From Deltaproteobacteria bacterium (lineage in GTDB: Bacteria; Myxococcota_A; Polyangia; Fen-1088): a DNA stretch of 64,000 nt. Where the stretch lies: the NCBI GenBank assembly GCA_033763315.1, contig JANRKS010000034.1:320355-384354 (forward strand). The letters are read 5' to 3'. The notes under the pieces were generated by a model. It was not told where the DNA came from, searched no databases, and saw nothing but the letters and a program-made list of their open reading frames with translations. Positions 1 to 8,958 of the stretch are shown here, one piece after another (the first letter of the stretch is position 1; the number at the start of each line of letters is the position of its first letter). The translations under genes were made by a program, and so were the position numbers.

Positions 1-383
1 GACACATCCATCAAAGCTGCTTTTTGCAGCTGCGATTTGGGCGTGAGTGTGCCGTCCAAACCCATTTGAACAGCGTTGATGGCAGACACGTTGGCAAAGT
101 CGCCGCCCGCGGCCAGCACCCACCATCCCGAAGGTGCGGCCACACCCGCGGCGCCTCCCATACTGCCACCGCTGCCCCCGCCTCCGCCCAAGTTGGGTTG
201 CCCGCCTTGACCTGCGCCGCCCGCCTGCCCGCCGCCACCTTGGCCGGCCTCCGCGTCGCCACCGGCACCACCTTGTTCACCGCCAGCGCCATCACCCGGC
301 TTGCTGCTTCCTCCGCATGCCGCGGCCGATGCGCCCAAAAGCAGAACGAAGAGTGCAGGAAAAGGAGTGCGCGTCGATTTCAT
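1..383 (-). CDS. Lipoprotein with Gly-rich linker (partial, runs off left edge; possibly lactonase-like beta-propeller)
   Basis: Manual translation from ATG at 383: MKSTRTPFPALFVLLLGASAAAC-GGSSKPGDGAGGEQGG...GWWVLAAGGDFANVSAINAVQMGLDGTLTP. Lipobox AAAC; no stop in window, so absent from the ORF track. Confidence 0.7.
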   Translation of the reverse strand, partial: MKSTRTPFPALFVLLLGASAAACGGSSKPGDGAGGEQGGAGGDAEAGQGGGGQAGGAGQGGQPNLGGGGGSGGSMGGAAGVAAPSGWWVLAAGGDFANVSAINAVQMGLDGTLTPKSQLQKAALMDV

Positions 384-542
384 ATTGTTCCAGTCCGAAG
401 GTTGTCGTTCAGTTAACGACGACTGCAGCCCTTTGGACCATGAGGCTGAAGACCTATGTCTGCTCACAGAAGGCTCGGGGCTGGGCCGCTTCCGGGAGCG
501 GCCTCTGCCCACGTGTGGAACGCGCGTGCGCCCTTGAATCCC

Positions 543-1817
543 TCACTGCGGTGGGGAGCGATCTAGAACGTCACGGATTTTCCCGAGCAAAGCGCTGGTG
601 GTGAAGGGCTTGGCTAGGTACTCCACTGTTTTCTCGGAAAGCCCGTGTGACTCAAGCACATCGCCCGGGTACCCGGAGGTGAACACCACCTTTAGCCTGG
701 GATATTTTTCAGACAACCGCTGGACCATCGTCACGGCGGACATCCCGGGCATGATGACGTCGGTCACAACACAGTCGATCTTTGTGCCATTGAGGGTTGC
801 CGCCACCTGCATGGCTTCCTCGCCGCGGGCGGCCTGCAGCACACGAAACCGCGCGCCTTCAAGAATGCGTACCGTTGTTCTTCGTACCAGCTCTTGGTCT
901 TCCACCACCAGAACGGTTTCTTCACCCCGGGGTCGAGCCGCAATGGCGGGCACCGATTCTTGTGGCAAAGGCAAGTCTTTGGTGGTGCGCAGGCGAACAA
1001 CGAAGCGCGTGCCCTTGCCCAAAACTGAACTCACCTCCACCGTGCCTTCTGCCTGCTTGACGATGCGTTCAAGCGTCGCCAGCCCTAAGCCGGTGCCTTT
1101 TGATGCATCCTTCGTGGTGAAGAAGGGCTCGAAAATTCGCGCTTGGGTCGCGGCATCCATGCCTGTGCCGGAATCGCTCACTGTCAGCGCAATCCAGCCT
1201 TCGGATTCGCGTGTTGTGACGATCTCAAGACGTCCTCCCATCGGCATTGCATCGCGTGCGTTCACCGCCAAGTTCATAACAACCTGTTCAAGCTGTGAAG
1301 GGTCTATCTTGGTGTGGCCTGCGGTGGGCGAGAGGGTCAAAACCAATTCAACGTCAGCTCCGATCAGGCGTCGCAAGATTCGCGCGATTCCAGAGATAAC
1401 AGTATTGACGTTTACAACAACAGGTTGGCTGCCGCCGGGGCGGCTGAACGTTAGAAGTTGACGCGTCAGCGTGGTTGCGTGGGTGGTGGCCTCTTGAATC
1501 ACCTCTAGATCCTGCACAGCGAGCGGCATGGTCTTGAGGCTTTCACGCAGAAACCACACGTGGTTCCCAATCACCATCAACAAGTTGTTGAAATCATGCG
1601 CCACCCCACCAGCCAGGCGACCCACAGATTCCATTCGCTGGGCGGCCCGCACCTCTTCTTCTAGGCGGATGCGTTCTTGAAGATCCAAAGCGCTGACCAC
1701 CACGGCGCCCATGTCGTTTTCGTTTTCAGGGATCCGTGCGGTGAGAAACCACCGCACATGACGCCCCTTGAGGGTCTCGATCGGAATCTCGCTTTGAAAG
1801 ACTTGGCTGCCACCCAT
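543..1817 (-). CDS. Hybrid sensor histidine kinase (PAC-HisKA-HATPase-REC), probably 5'-truncated
   Basis: [23 protein letters not shown]-box, [15 protein letters not shown]-box, [20 protein letters not shown]; C-terminal receiver (VLVVED...TDVIMPG...KPF). Kinase-like sequence begins about 1817 with a PAC motif; the track's extension to 2030 is antisense to another kinase fragment. Confidence 0.8.
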   Translation of the reverse strand: MGGSQVFQSEIPIETLKGRHVRWFLTARIPENENDMGAVVVSALDLQERIRLEEEVRAAQRMESVGRLAGGVAHDFNNLLMVIGNHVWFLRESLKTMPLAVQDLEVIQEATTHATTLTRQLLTFSRPGGSQPVVVNVNTVISGIARILRRLIGADVELVLTLSPTAGHTKIDPSQLEQVVMNLAVNARDAMPMGGRLEIVTTRESEGWIALTVSDSGTGMDAATQARIFEPFFTTKDASKGTGLGLATLERIVKQAEGTVEVSSVLGKGTRFVVRLRTTKDLPLPQESVPAIAARPRGEETVLVVEDQELVRRTTVRILEGARFRVLQAARGEEAMQVAATLNGTKIDCVVTDVIMPGMSAVTMVQRLSEKYPRLKVVFTSGYPGDVLESHGLSEKTVEYLAKPFTTSALLGKIRDVLDRSPPQ

Positions 1818-2186
1818 CACGCTGCACGCCTGCGTGGCCAACTTGAGCACCACGAGAACGAGCTCCGCGCCGCACAGGCGCGCTTGCGTGCGGCGCAAGT
1901 GGATCTTGAAACCCGTGTGGCAGAACGCACGGCCGAACTGGAAGCCATTTCCGAGGAGTTGGAAGCGTTCTCTTACAGTGTGTCGCACGACATGAAGGCT
2001 CCCCTGCGCCACGTGCGCGGTTTCTTGCAAGCGTTCCTAGAGGAACATCCATCTAAGGATGAAGACATCTCGTTGGTTGAGCACTCGTTGGCACAGGCTC
2101 AAGAGCTCACAACCTTCATCGAGGGCAAGCTTCGGGACGGCCGCCTGCAACGACAGACAACTGATCGGATGGTCGCAAGTCGATAG
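1758..2186 (+). pseudogene. Isolated coiled-coil plus DHp (HisKA) kinase fragment lacking HATPase domain
   Basis: [40 protein letters not shown] is a typical phytochrome-class H-box; the ORF stops right after the DHp helices. Confidence 0.6.
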
Positions 2187-2377
2187 GCGAGGCAGATGTC
2201 GTCACCGGCACCTCGGATGACGCGGACTGAACCACAAAGGCCCTTTCTGGGGGAAAAGGGGCAGGGTCGCCTGGGAACTGCGAGATCTCTGGTGGGAGGC
2301 TGCGGATCTCCGTTGGGTCGAAAGGCGCGGCGCCAACACCCCCCAAGGCTCCCTCTTCCGCGGGTTTGCGAATAGCC

Positions 2378-3793
2378 ATGGCCCGTCTTGCATTGGCCCT
2401 TCACGTGCAAGCCCTTGAAGATGCTGTGCTTAAAGCTTCAGGTTCTGATTTAGCCAGCCTGCGCATCTTCGCCGGGCTTACTCTGGTTGTGTTTTGCGCT
2501 TGTGAACCGCCGTCCAAAGGCATCTTCGGCTTTTGCTCTGATGCCATTCCCGACGCTGGCGCCGATGCGGTTGTGCGCACGGCGCCGCTCACCTACCAAC
2601 GTGACATCAAGCGCATTGTCGACGAGCGTTGTGTTCGCTGCCACCAAGAAGGCGGCATGGCACCGTTTTCGTTGGCGTCGTTCGACGACGTGTATCGGAT
2701 GCGTGCGCTATCTCGCAAAGAGGTGAAGGAAGGGCATATGCCGCCATGGTTGCCGGCGTCTTGCTGTTCTCCGCTCGAGCAAGACTGGTCGATGCCCGCG
2801 GCCGAGAAGCAGGCGTTTCTCGATTGGATTGACAGCGGCGCGCAACCGGGTGATCTGACGGCGCTGCCTCCCACGACACCGGCCCCCGAACTTCTAGGCC
2901 GCGTTGACGTGACGGTGACCATGCCCGCGCCCTATCGTCCCACCCCGCCGCGCGCAAAAACAGATGACACACGGTGCTTCGTGGTCGATTGGCCAAGGAC
3001 CCAAGATGCGTTCGTGACTGGAATGAACGTGATTCCGGGCAACCGACGCGTGGTTCACCACCTTTTGCTTGCTGTTGTGTCGGGCAAAGATGGAAACGAT
3101 TTGCGTAAACGCGAAGGCAAAGATGGGCAGCCAGGATACGATTGCCCTGGTGGCGCGTTCGGAGCGAAGGTCACGCGCTACATTGGCGGCGGCGTGGGGG
3201 GCGCCGAATACCCGCGTGGCATCGGCACCAAAGTGACTGTGGGGTCAAAGCTGGTGCTGCAGGTTCATTACAGCACCATCAACGATCCCTCAGGGCAAGC
3301 CACGGATCAAACCAGCGTGCAACTGCGTGTGGACGCCACCGCCCGTGAAGGCAAAGCGATCGTCATCACCAATCCGTTTTGGATCGCGGGTGACGCAATG
3401 AAGGTCAAGGCCAACGACGCGAACGCGGTCTATTTTTATCGCTATCGCCCCACGGTGTTTACTCAAGGCAAACGGGTGCTAATTGAAGGTGGCTCACCGC
3501 ACATGCACGCGTTTGGCTCGCGGTTCTTGATGGGAATCATTCATGCCGACGGCACGCGCGAATGCATTCTTGAGATTCCGCATTGGCACTTTGGCTGGGA
3601 GCAAGGCTATTGGCTGAAAACACCGAAGCTTTTGGCGCCCAACGATGAAGTTTATGTCGAATGCAACTTCGACAATTCAGCCGCGAATCAACCCATCATC
3701 GATGGTGTGCAATCCAAGCCACGTGACTTTGCGTGGGGCGGCGACAACCAAGATATGTGCGCAGGGTTTCTCACCTTCACGGAGGCGCCATGA
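2378..3793 (+). CDS. Lipoprotein: c-type cytochrome fused to copper type II (DBH/PHM-like) monooxygenase domains
   Basis: Lipobox-like VVFCAC; CVRCH heme motif followed by APFSL...MPPW; Cu-ligand-like motifs VVHHLL, LQVHY, PHMH and QDMC. Start uncertain. Confidence 0.75.
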   Translation: MARLALALHVQALEDAVLKASGSDLASLRIFAGLTLVVFCACEPPSKGIFGFCSDAIPDAGADAVVRTAPLTYQRDIKRIVDERCVRCHQEGGMAPFSLASFDDVYRMRALSRKEVKEGHMPPWLPASCCSPLEQDWSMPAAEKQAFLDWIDSGAQPGDLTALPPTTPAPELLGRVDVTVTMPAPYRPTPPRAKTDDTRCFVVDWPRTQDAFVTGMNVIPGNRRVVHHLLLAVVSGKDGNDLRKREGKDGQPGYDCPGGAFGAKVTRYIGGGVGGAEYPRGIGTKVTVGSKLVLQVHYSTINDPSGQATDQTSVQLRVDATAREGKAIVITNPFWIAGDAMKVKANDANAVYFYRYRPTVFTQGKRVLIEGGSPHMHAFGSRFLMGIIHADGTRECILEIPHWHFGWEQGYWLKTPKLLAPNDEVYVECNFDNSAANQPIIDGVQSKPRDFAWGGDNQDMCAGFLTFTEAP

Positions 3794-4503
3794 GTTTGCT
3801 TTGGCAACGCGCCATGGGTTGGGCCATGGCGATGTGCTTTGTGGCCTCTTGCGCTCCCGTTGCAGGGATTGGCCGTGCACGAACGTTGGGCAAAGGGCGA
3901 TACGAAGTTGGCGTGGGGCCCGACGTCACAGTGGTGACCGGTCAACTTTCAAGCGGCAAAGTTCCTTTGCCATCTGCACAACTTGTGGCGGGGGTTCGTT
4001 ATGGCGTCAGCGATGATGCCGACGTTGGTGGCAAGGCGTGGGGTATCTCGCTAGGAAAGTATCTGCTTGAAAGTTGGGGTGTTGCGGGCGAGGTAAAGTG
4101 GCAATTGCGGCGCGCGCCGTTGGAGCTTGGGCGGCGTGGCACTGACGTCGCTTTGGGTCTGCAAGGCACGTTTCACAACGTTGTGTTGGGCGGCACTCCT
4201 GAGCGCATGCTGGGCGCTTCGATGCCTTTGCTTTTCGGATGGCGGGTGGGCGCGGCCAATCAATTGGTGGCTTCACTTCGTGTGGACTACCAAGTGTGGA
4301 CGGGTGAAAGCCAAACGCCGTTGGCATTGGGGCTGGCCGGAGGCTCTGTTGGTTTCGTGTGGCAATGGACCGAACGTTGGTCTTTTATGCCTGAGCTTGC
4401 CGTCCTGTGGTCGCCCCTGTCGTTCAATGGCGAAAGCGGTGGGCAGGACAGCCGAGGTTTATCGATCCTTTCCTTGGGGCTCGGGATTCACTACCGCAGA
4501 TGA
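3790..4503 (+). CDS. Putative outer-membrane beta-barrel lipoprotein
   Basis: ATGA overlap with the upstream stop; lipobox VASC; ARTLGKG motif; alternating hydrophobic strands ending LGLGIHY. Confidence 0.6.
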   Translation: MSLLWQRAMGWAMAMCFVASCAPVAGIGRARTLGKGRYEVGVGPDVTVVTGQLSSGKVPLPSAQLVAGVRYGVSDDADVGGKAWGISLGKYLLESWGVAGEVKWQLRRAPLELGRRGTDVALGLQGTFHNVVLGGTPERMLGASMPLLFGWRVGAANQLVASLRVDYQVWTGESQTPLALGLAGGSVGFVWQWTERWSFMPELAVLWSPLSFNGESGGQDSRGLSILSLGLGIHYRR

Positions 4504-4664
4504 CGGCCCTGTTTGCTCGATCCCTTCAAGCGGTTCACGATGAATATGGCCAATAGCGCGGGGATGCCGCGCATTCGTACGGAGCAATTGGGTCTCGCAC
4601 TGAAGCATTAACAGGCGGCGTGTCGCGGCTCCTGCTCCAAAACCTGCTACACGAACGTGTAGAA

Positions 4665-6035
4665 ATGACCACGGACGCCCTTAACGTACTGCTTGTCGAA
4701 GATGATCCTGACCTCCGCGCGACCCTGCACGACCTGCTGCAGGATAGTGGTCACACCGTGGAGGCGCTCGATAACGGGCAAGTGGCCGCGGAACGTGCGG
4801 CGGCATCTTTCTTCGATGTTGTGCTCAGCGACGTTCAGCTTCCAGGGATGGGCGGCCGTCAGTTGTTGGCACATGTGCGCCAAACCTCGCCTGACACCAG
4901 CGTCATTCTGATCACAGGCTATGGAGACGTGGCGCAGGCCGTGGCAGCGTTGCGCGAAGGCGCCTCCGACTACCTGACAAAACCTTTCGACGTTGACGAA
5001 CTGCTCAGCCGTCTTAAACGCGTGGCCGAGCGGCAGACCCTTCGTCTTGAACTTGCGCGTGCCAAGCAAGCCTTGGCCACCGGACTGCCCGAAACGAGCT
5101 TCATCGGCGACTCGCCTCCGGTGCGCAAACTTCTGCACCACATTCATAAAGTGGCTCCCAGCGGCTCACCGTGTTTGATCGTAGGCGAAAGCGGCACCGG
5201 CAAAGAACTGGTGGCGCGCATAATTCACGAACAGAGCCCAAGGCGGGATCGGCCCTACGTGACGATCAATTGCGGTGCCTTGGCCGAGCACCTCGTCGAA
5301 GCCGAATTGTTTGGTCACGAGCGTGGTGCTTTCACCGGCGCGGACAAGAAACGTGAAGGGCGGTTTAAGGCAGCGGACGGCGGCACTTTGTTTCTCGATG
5401 AAATAGGAGAATTGCCGATGGCGGCACAAGCGAAGTTGCTTCGCGTCTTGCAGGAAGGAACGTTCGAGCCTTTGGGCAGCAATGCCACCGTTAAGGTGGA
5501 CGTGCGGGTGGTGTCGGCCACACACAGAGATCTTCGCAAGATGGTGCGAGAACGCTTGTTTCGCGAAGATTTGTACTACCGAATCAACGTTGTGGAGGTC
5601 CCCATTCCGCCGCTGCGGGATCGCATGTCGGATCTGCCATTGCTCGTGCAACACTTCTTGTTGAGGCAATCGCCCAACCGGCCGCCCAACACCCTAAGCC
5701 TCGAGACGTGGAACGTACTAAAGGGGCACTCATTCCCGGGCAACGTTCGCGAATTGGGGCATGCGATCAGCCACGCCGTGATTATGGCTCAGGGTGCGGA
5801 AATTAGGCCCGAGCACCTGCCCGCCGCGATGTCGTTCATTCGGCCCGCGGCTTTAGCAGCACAGGACGAACAGATCGTGCCTCTGATGGAGTCGATGAAG
5901 AAGCACGAACGCGAATGCATTCAACGTGCGATTAACGCCAGTGGCGGCGTACCGTCCAAGGCCGCGGCTTTGCTGAAGATCAGCCCCAGTAGCTTGCAAA
6001 CAAAGCTAAAGGCTCATGGTCTTGTTATAAGTTGA
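4665..6035 (+). CDS. Sigma54-dependent response regulator (NtrC/AtoC family)
   Basis: REC domain, GESGTGKE Walker A, ELFGHERGAFTGA, LFLDEIGE, FPGNVREL, C-terminal Fis-like HTH. Confidence 0.95.
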   Translation: MTTDALNVLLVEDDPDLRATLHDLLQDSGHTVEALDNGQVAAERAAASFFDVVLSDVQLPGMGGRQLLAHVRQTSPDTSVILITGYGDVAQAVAALREGASDYLTKPFDVDELLSRLKRVAERQTLRLELARAKQALATGLPETSFIGDSPPVRKLLHHIHKVAPSGSPCLIVGESGTGKELVARIIHEQSPRRDRPYVTINCGALAEHLVEAELFGHERGAFTGADKKREGRFKAADGGTLFLDEIGELPMAAQAKLLRVLQEGTFEPLGSNATVKVDVRVVSATHRDLRKMVRERLFREDLYYRINVVEVPIPPLRDRMSDLPLLVQHFLLRQSPNRPPNTLSLETWNVLKGHSFPGNVRELGHAISHAVIMAQGAEIRPEHLPAAMSFIRPAALAAQDEQIVPLMESMKKHERECIQRAINASGGVPSKAAALLKISPSSLQTKLKAHGLVIS

Positions 6036-6093
6036 AGTGGCTATCGGCGCGCAGAAATGCCATGGCGGGCGTCGTCGGTGCCCGTGTGCGTCT

Positions 6094-7038
6094 TCAACAG
6101 ATCCGTCCACGCTTTCCTGCCGGCCCATGGCCCACGGGATTTGCGCCCACCCACCGTTCGTCCACGGGCTCGTCGGCAAGTTGATATCGTGAGTCTGAAG
6201 ACAAACGAAAATGCGTGCTGCGATTGTCCAGCGCTGCGTGTACGAGATACATATTGAAAATAAGTACATCGCCCAACTGATAGGGCGCCGTGAGCCATCG
6301 CCCCTTCAAGCTTCGCTGTAGTTTGACAGGATTGGTGCAAAGCCACCCGTTGAGGCCGTTGGCCGTGCGTGATTTGTCGCCAGGCCGGTTTTCGCAGTAA
6401 CTGTCGACGTCGCGTTGCCCGTATCCTGCCCGTAGGCGCTGGTTTTGGTGAGATCCTTCCAAGATCATCAAGCCGCCCATATCTAGATCGATGTTAGACA
6501 GTGGTGTCCAGGCGGTGAACAGGCGCTTTGTGCCGCGGCCCATGTAGACGATGTCCGCGTGAGGCGGTGTTCCGGCCTTGGGGGCCACACAACGCAGCCA
6601 GGTGAAATCAAAGTGGCGCACCCGGCCACCCAGGAATACAGAGAAGAACGTCATCAGTGGGCCATCGACACGGTAAAGGAGCTTCTGCAGAGGCTCATTT
6701 TGCAACGCAAGGTCAGGCCGAAAATACGTTTGCGCGTTGGGGGCGGCCTCGGCCTCTTCCACCGCGCATTGATTGTTCAATAGCCCCTCGCTCGCAAGCT
6801 CATTAAGAATGTGGCGCCGCGCCGCCAATACCTCAGTTTCCAACAGCAACTTTGGCAGCAGAAGATAGCCGTCCTCATCCATCCGCCGCCTCAATTCAGC
6901 AAAGTCCCCTCGTGCGTCAGCTGAAGATCTCAATGCGCCAAACGCATGTTCACCAGCATCGAGTGGTTGGCCGAGTGATGTCAGCGGGATCTGAGGTCGC
7001 ATAAATCGATTTTTGACGAACGTTGCAGCGACGTCCAT
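6094..7038 (-). CDS. Phytanoyl-CoA dioxygenase (PhyH) family Fe(II)/2-oxoglutarate dioxygenase
   Basis: DGYLLL, TPPHAD (HxD), TAWTPL, GGLMILEGSH, GDVLIF..LVH, RLSSDSRY. Alternative start at 7002. Confidence 0.85.
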   Translation of the reverse strand: MDVAATFVKNRFMRPQIPLTSLGQPLDAGEHAFGALRSSADARGDFAELRRRMDEDGYLLLPKLLLETEVLAARRHILNELASEGLLNNQCAVEEAEAAPNAQTYFRPDLALQNEPLQKLLYRVDGPLMTFFSVFLGGRVRHFDFTWLRCVAPKAGTPPHADIVYMGRGTKRLFTAWTPLSNIDLDMGGLMILEGSHQNQRLRAGYGQRDVDSYCENRPGDKSRTANGLNGWLCTNPVKLQRSLKGRWLTAPYQLGDVLIFNMYLVHAALDNRSTHFRLSSDSRYQLADEPVDERWVGANPVGHGPAGKRGRIC

Positions 7039-7160
7039 GCGCGGATTGGGCGATTACTTGCGCGTTTTGGTACATCTACGTTTCAAATTATGACGGGATT
7101 TTACGTGCAATATCGCGCCTATATGTGCAAAATGGCTTCGACGGTCGCGCGGGAGAGCGC

Positions 7161-7997
7161 ATGGACTTTCGGCACGCACAAAGCAACAGCCTCGGTCGGC
7201 TGACAGAAGCCGCCCGGATCAACAACAGCCAGGGGCCGGCCGATTGGCGCAAACTAGACAAGTTTGCGTTGGTGTTCACGCTTTCTGGCACCGCGCGCTT
7301 TCGTGATGAGTTCGGCAACGACTTTCAGATGAACCGCGGCGATGCGTTGTTGCTCGTGCCTGGTGTGTCGCACGTTTATGGCCCCTTGCCCGGACACACG
7401 TGGAACGAGTTCTACGTCATTTTTGAAGGACCAATTTTTGATTTGTGGCACGCAGCAGGGCTCATCGATCCGCAAACACCGCTTTACCAATCCCCTGCGC
7501 ATCATGAGAACTGGCTCCACGACCTCGAAGGCGCACGCCTAACGGATCAAGGCCGCACTTTGGACGAAGTTTGCCGGTTGCAACTCTTCCTCGCCCGCCT
7601 CCTTGAACACCGAAACCACGGTCAGGATGCTGATGCGGATAAGGTGAAGAAGGCCTGCGCAATGCTTGAAGAAGATGTCGCTCTTCCGCTGCCGAGTGTT
7701 GCCCGCCGCTTGGGGTACAGCTACGAGTCCTTTCGCAAGCGATTCCGTGCAATCATGGGCATTTCGCCGGCCAAGTACCGAGCCGCACGCGTGATGGATC
7801 AAGCCTGCGAGCTGATGAGACGAAGCGACCAAAGCGATAAAGCCATCGCCAGCGCGCTGGGGTTCTGTGATGAATTTCACTTTTCACATCGCTTCAAGGC
7901 CATTGTTGGCTGCTCGCCTCGGCAGTTTCGACAAAGGTCTTCGCGATCAGGGACGCAGACAGCGGCGTCCACGAAGTCAAAGATGAGGTCACCATGA
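7161..7997 (+). CDS. AraC family transcriptional regulator
   Basis: N-terminal cupin; C-terminal double HTH (VARRLGYSYESFRKRF...ALGFCDEFHFSHRFK..G.SPRQFR); GGAG RBS before ATG 7161. Confidence 0.92.
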   Translation: MDFRHAQSNSLGRLTEAARINNSQGPADWRKLDKFALVFTLSGTARFRDEFGNDFQMNRGDALLLVPGVSHVYGPLPGHTWNEFYVIFEGPIFDLWHAAGLIDPQTPLYQSPAHHENWLHDLEGARLTDQGRTLDEVCRLQLFLARLLEHRNHGQDADADKVKKACAMLEEDVALPLPSVARRLGYSYESFRKRFRAIMGISPAKYRAARVMDQACELMRRSDQSDKAIASALGFCDEFHFSHRFKAIVGCSPRQFRQRSSRSGTQTAASTKSKMRSP

Positions 7998-8872
7998 GCG
8001 AGGGCAACCCACTTTCTCGTTCTTCACCCACCCTCACGATCATTCGACATTTGTGGGGGCTCGACGGCCACTGGCGTGATTGGTTAACCAAGATCAAAGC
8101 CAGTGGCTATGCCGGCGTCGAGGGCCCGCCGCCAGCTGACTCCGACGCGTTCGCCGCCGCCTTGCGCGCTTTGGATCTTCACTATGTGTGCCAGATTGTG
8201 ACGCATGCGTCTGATCGTTCGGCCACAGGCCACTTCCAATCTTTCAAATCTCAGATTGAGGCTGCCTCGCCGCTGTCGCCGCTGTTTTTCACCAGCCACA
8301 GTGGCGTTGACATGTGGCCGCTAGATGAATCGAGGCGGTTCCTCTCCAACGCGCTTACTTATGCGGCGAAGCAAGGTTTAGACGTGAGCCATGAAACCCA
8401 TCGAGGTCGCATCTTCTTCAACCCTAGAGACACCTTGCAGCTCCTAAGCGAGTTTCCCGATCTGCAGCTCACGGCTGATCTTTCCCATTGGGTAAACGTA
8501 TGCGAGCGTATTCCAGACGACGCGACGCTTGGCCTTGCACTCTTGGCGCCACACATCAGGCACATTCACGGCCGCGTTGGTTACGCACAGGGACCACAAG
8601 TGCCCGATCCCCGCGCTCCAGCTTATGCATTAGAGCTTGCGGCACACGAGCGTTGGTGGGCCGAAATTTGGCGGATCCGCATCGGCGCGGGGCAACGACA
8701 ACTGACGTTGACGCCTGAGTTCGGTCCCCCGCCTTACCAGCAAACCTCGCCCTACACGGCGTTGCCTTTGGCTGATCCGTGGGATGTCAGCTTGTGGATG
8801 GCCGCACGCCTGCGCGAGCGGTTTGCACATACTTTCCCCCAGGGAGAATCGCCCCTTTTGAAAGGTATGTGA
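7994..8872 (+). CDS. Sugar-phosphate isomerase/epimerase (xylose isomerase-like TIM barrel)
   Basis: GYAGVE, HETHRGR, TADLSHW, HIHGRVG, TPEFGP; ATGA overlap with the AraC gene. Confidence 0.85.
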   Translation: MSEGNPLSRSSPTLTIIRHLWGLDGHWRDWLTKIKASGYAGVEGPPPADSDAFAAALRALDLHYVCQIVTHASDRSATGHFQSFKSQIEAASPLSPLFFTSHSGVDMWPLDESRRFLSNALTYAAKQGLDVSHETHRGRIFFNPRDTLQLLSEFPDLQLTADLSHWVNVCERIPDDATLGLALLAPHIRHIHGRVGYAQGPQVPDPRAPAYALELAAHERWWAEIWRIRIGAGQRQLTLTPEFGPPPYQQTSPYTALPLADPWDVSLWMAARLRERFAHTFPQGESPLLKGM

Positions 8873-8958
8873 CCACATTGCCTGCACTAACTGCTCATCA
8901 CCGTAACGCTGCATGTGCGCCGCTTTCAGGATGACGAACGATGCTCACTCGCGAAAGA

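Noticed and set aside
598-1461. Long plus-strand ORF and similar shadow ORFs (19711-20565, 39818-40621, 45647-46345, 47586-48464)
   Set aside because: Antisense to well-supported genes and lacking recognisable motifs.
1818-2030. N-terminal extension of the hybrid kinase in the ORF track
   Set aside because: It is the antisense of the plus-strand H-box/coiled-coil fragment and shows no sensor-domain features.
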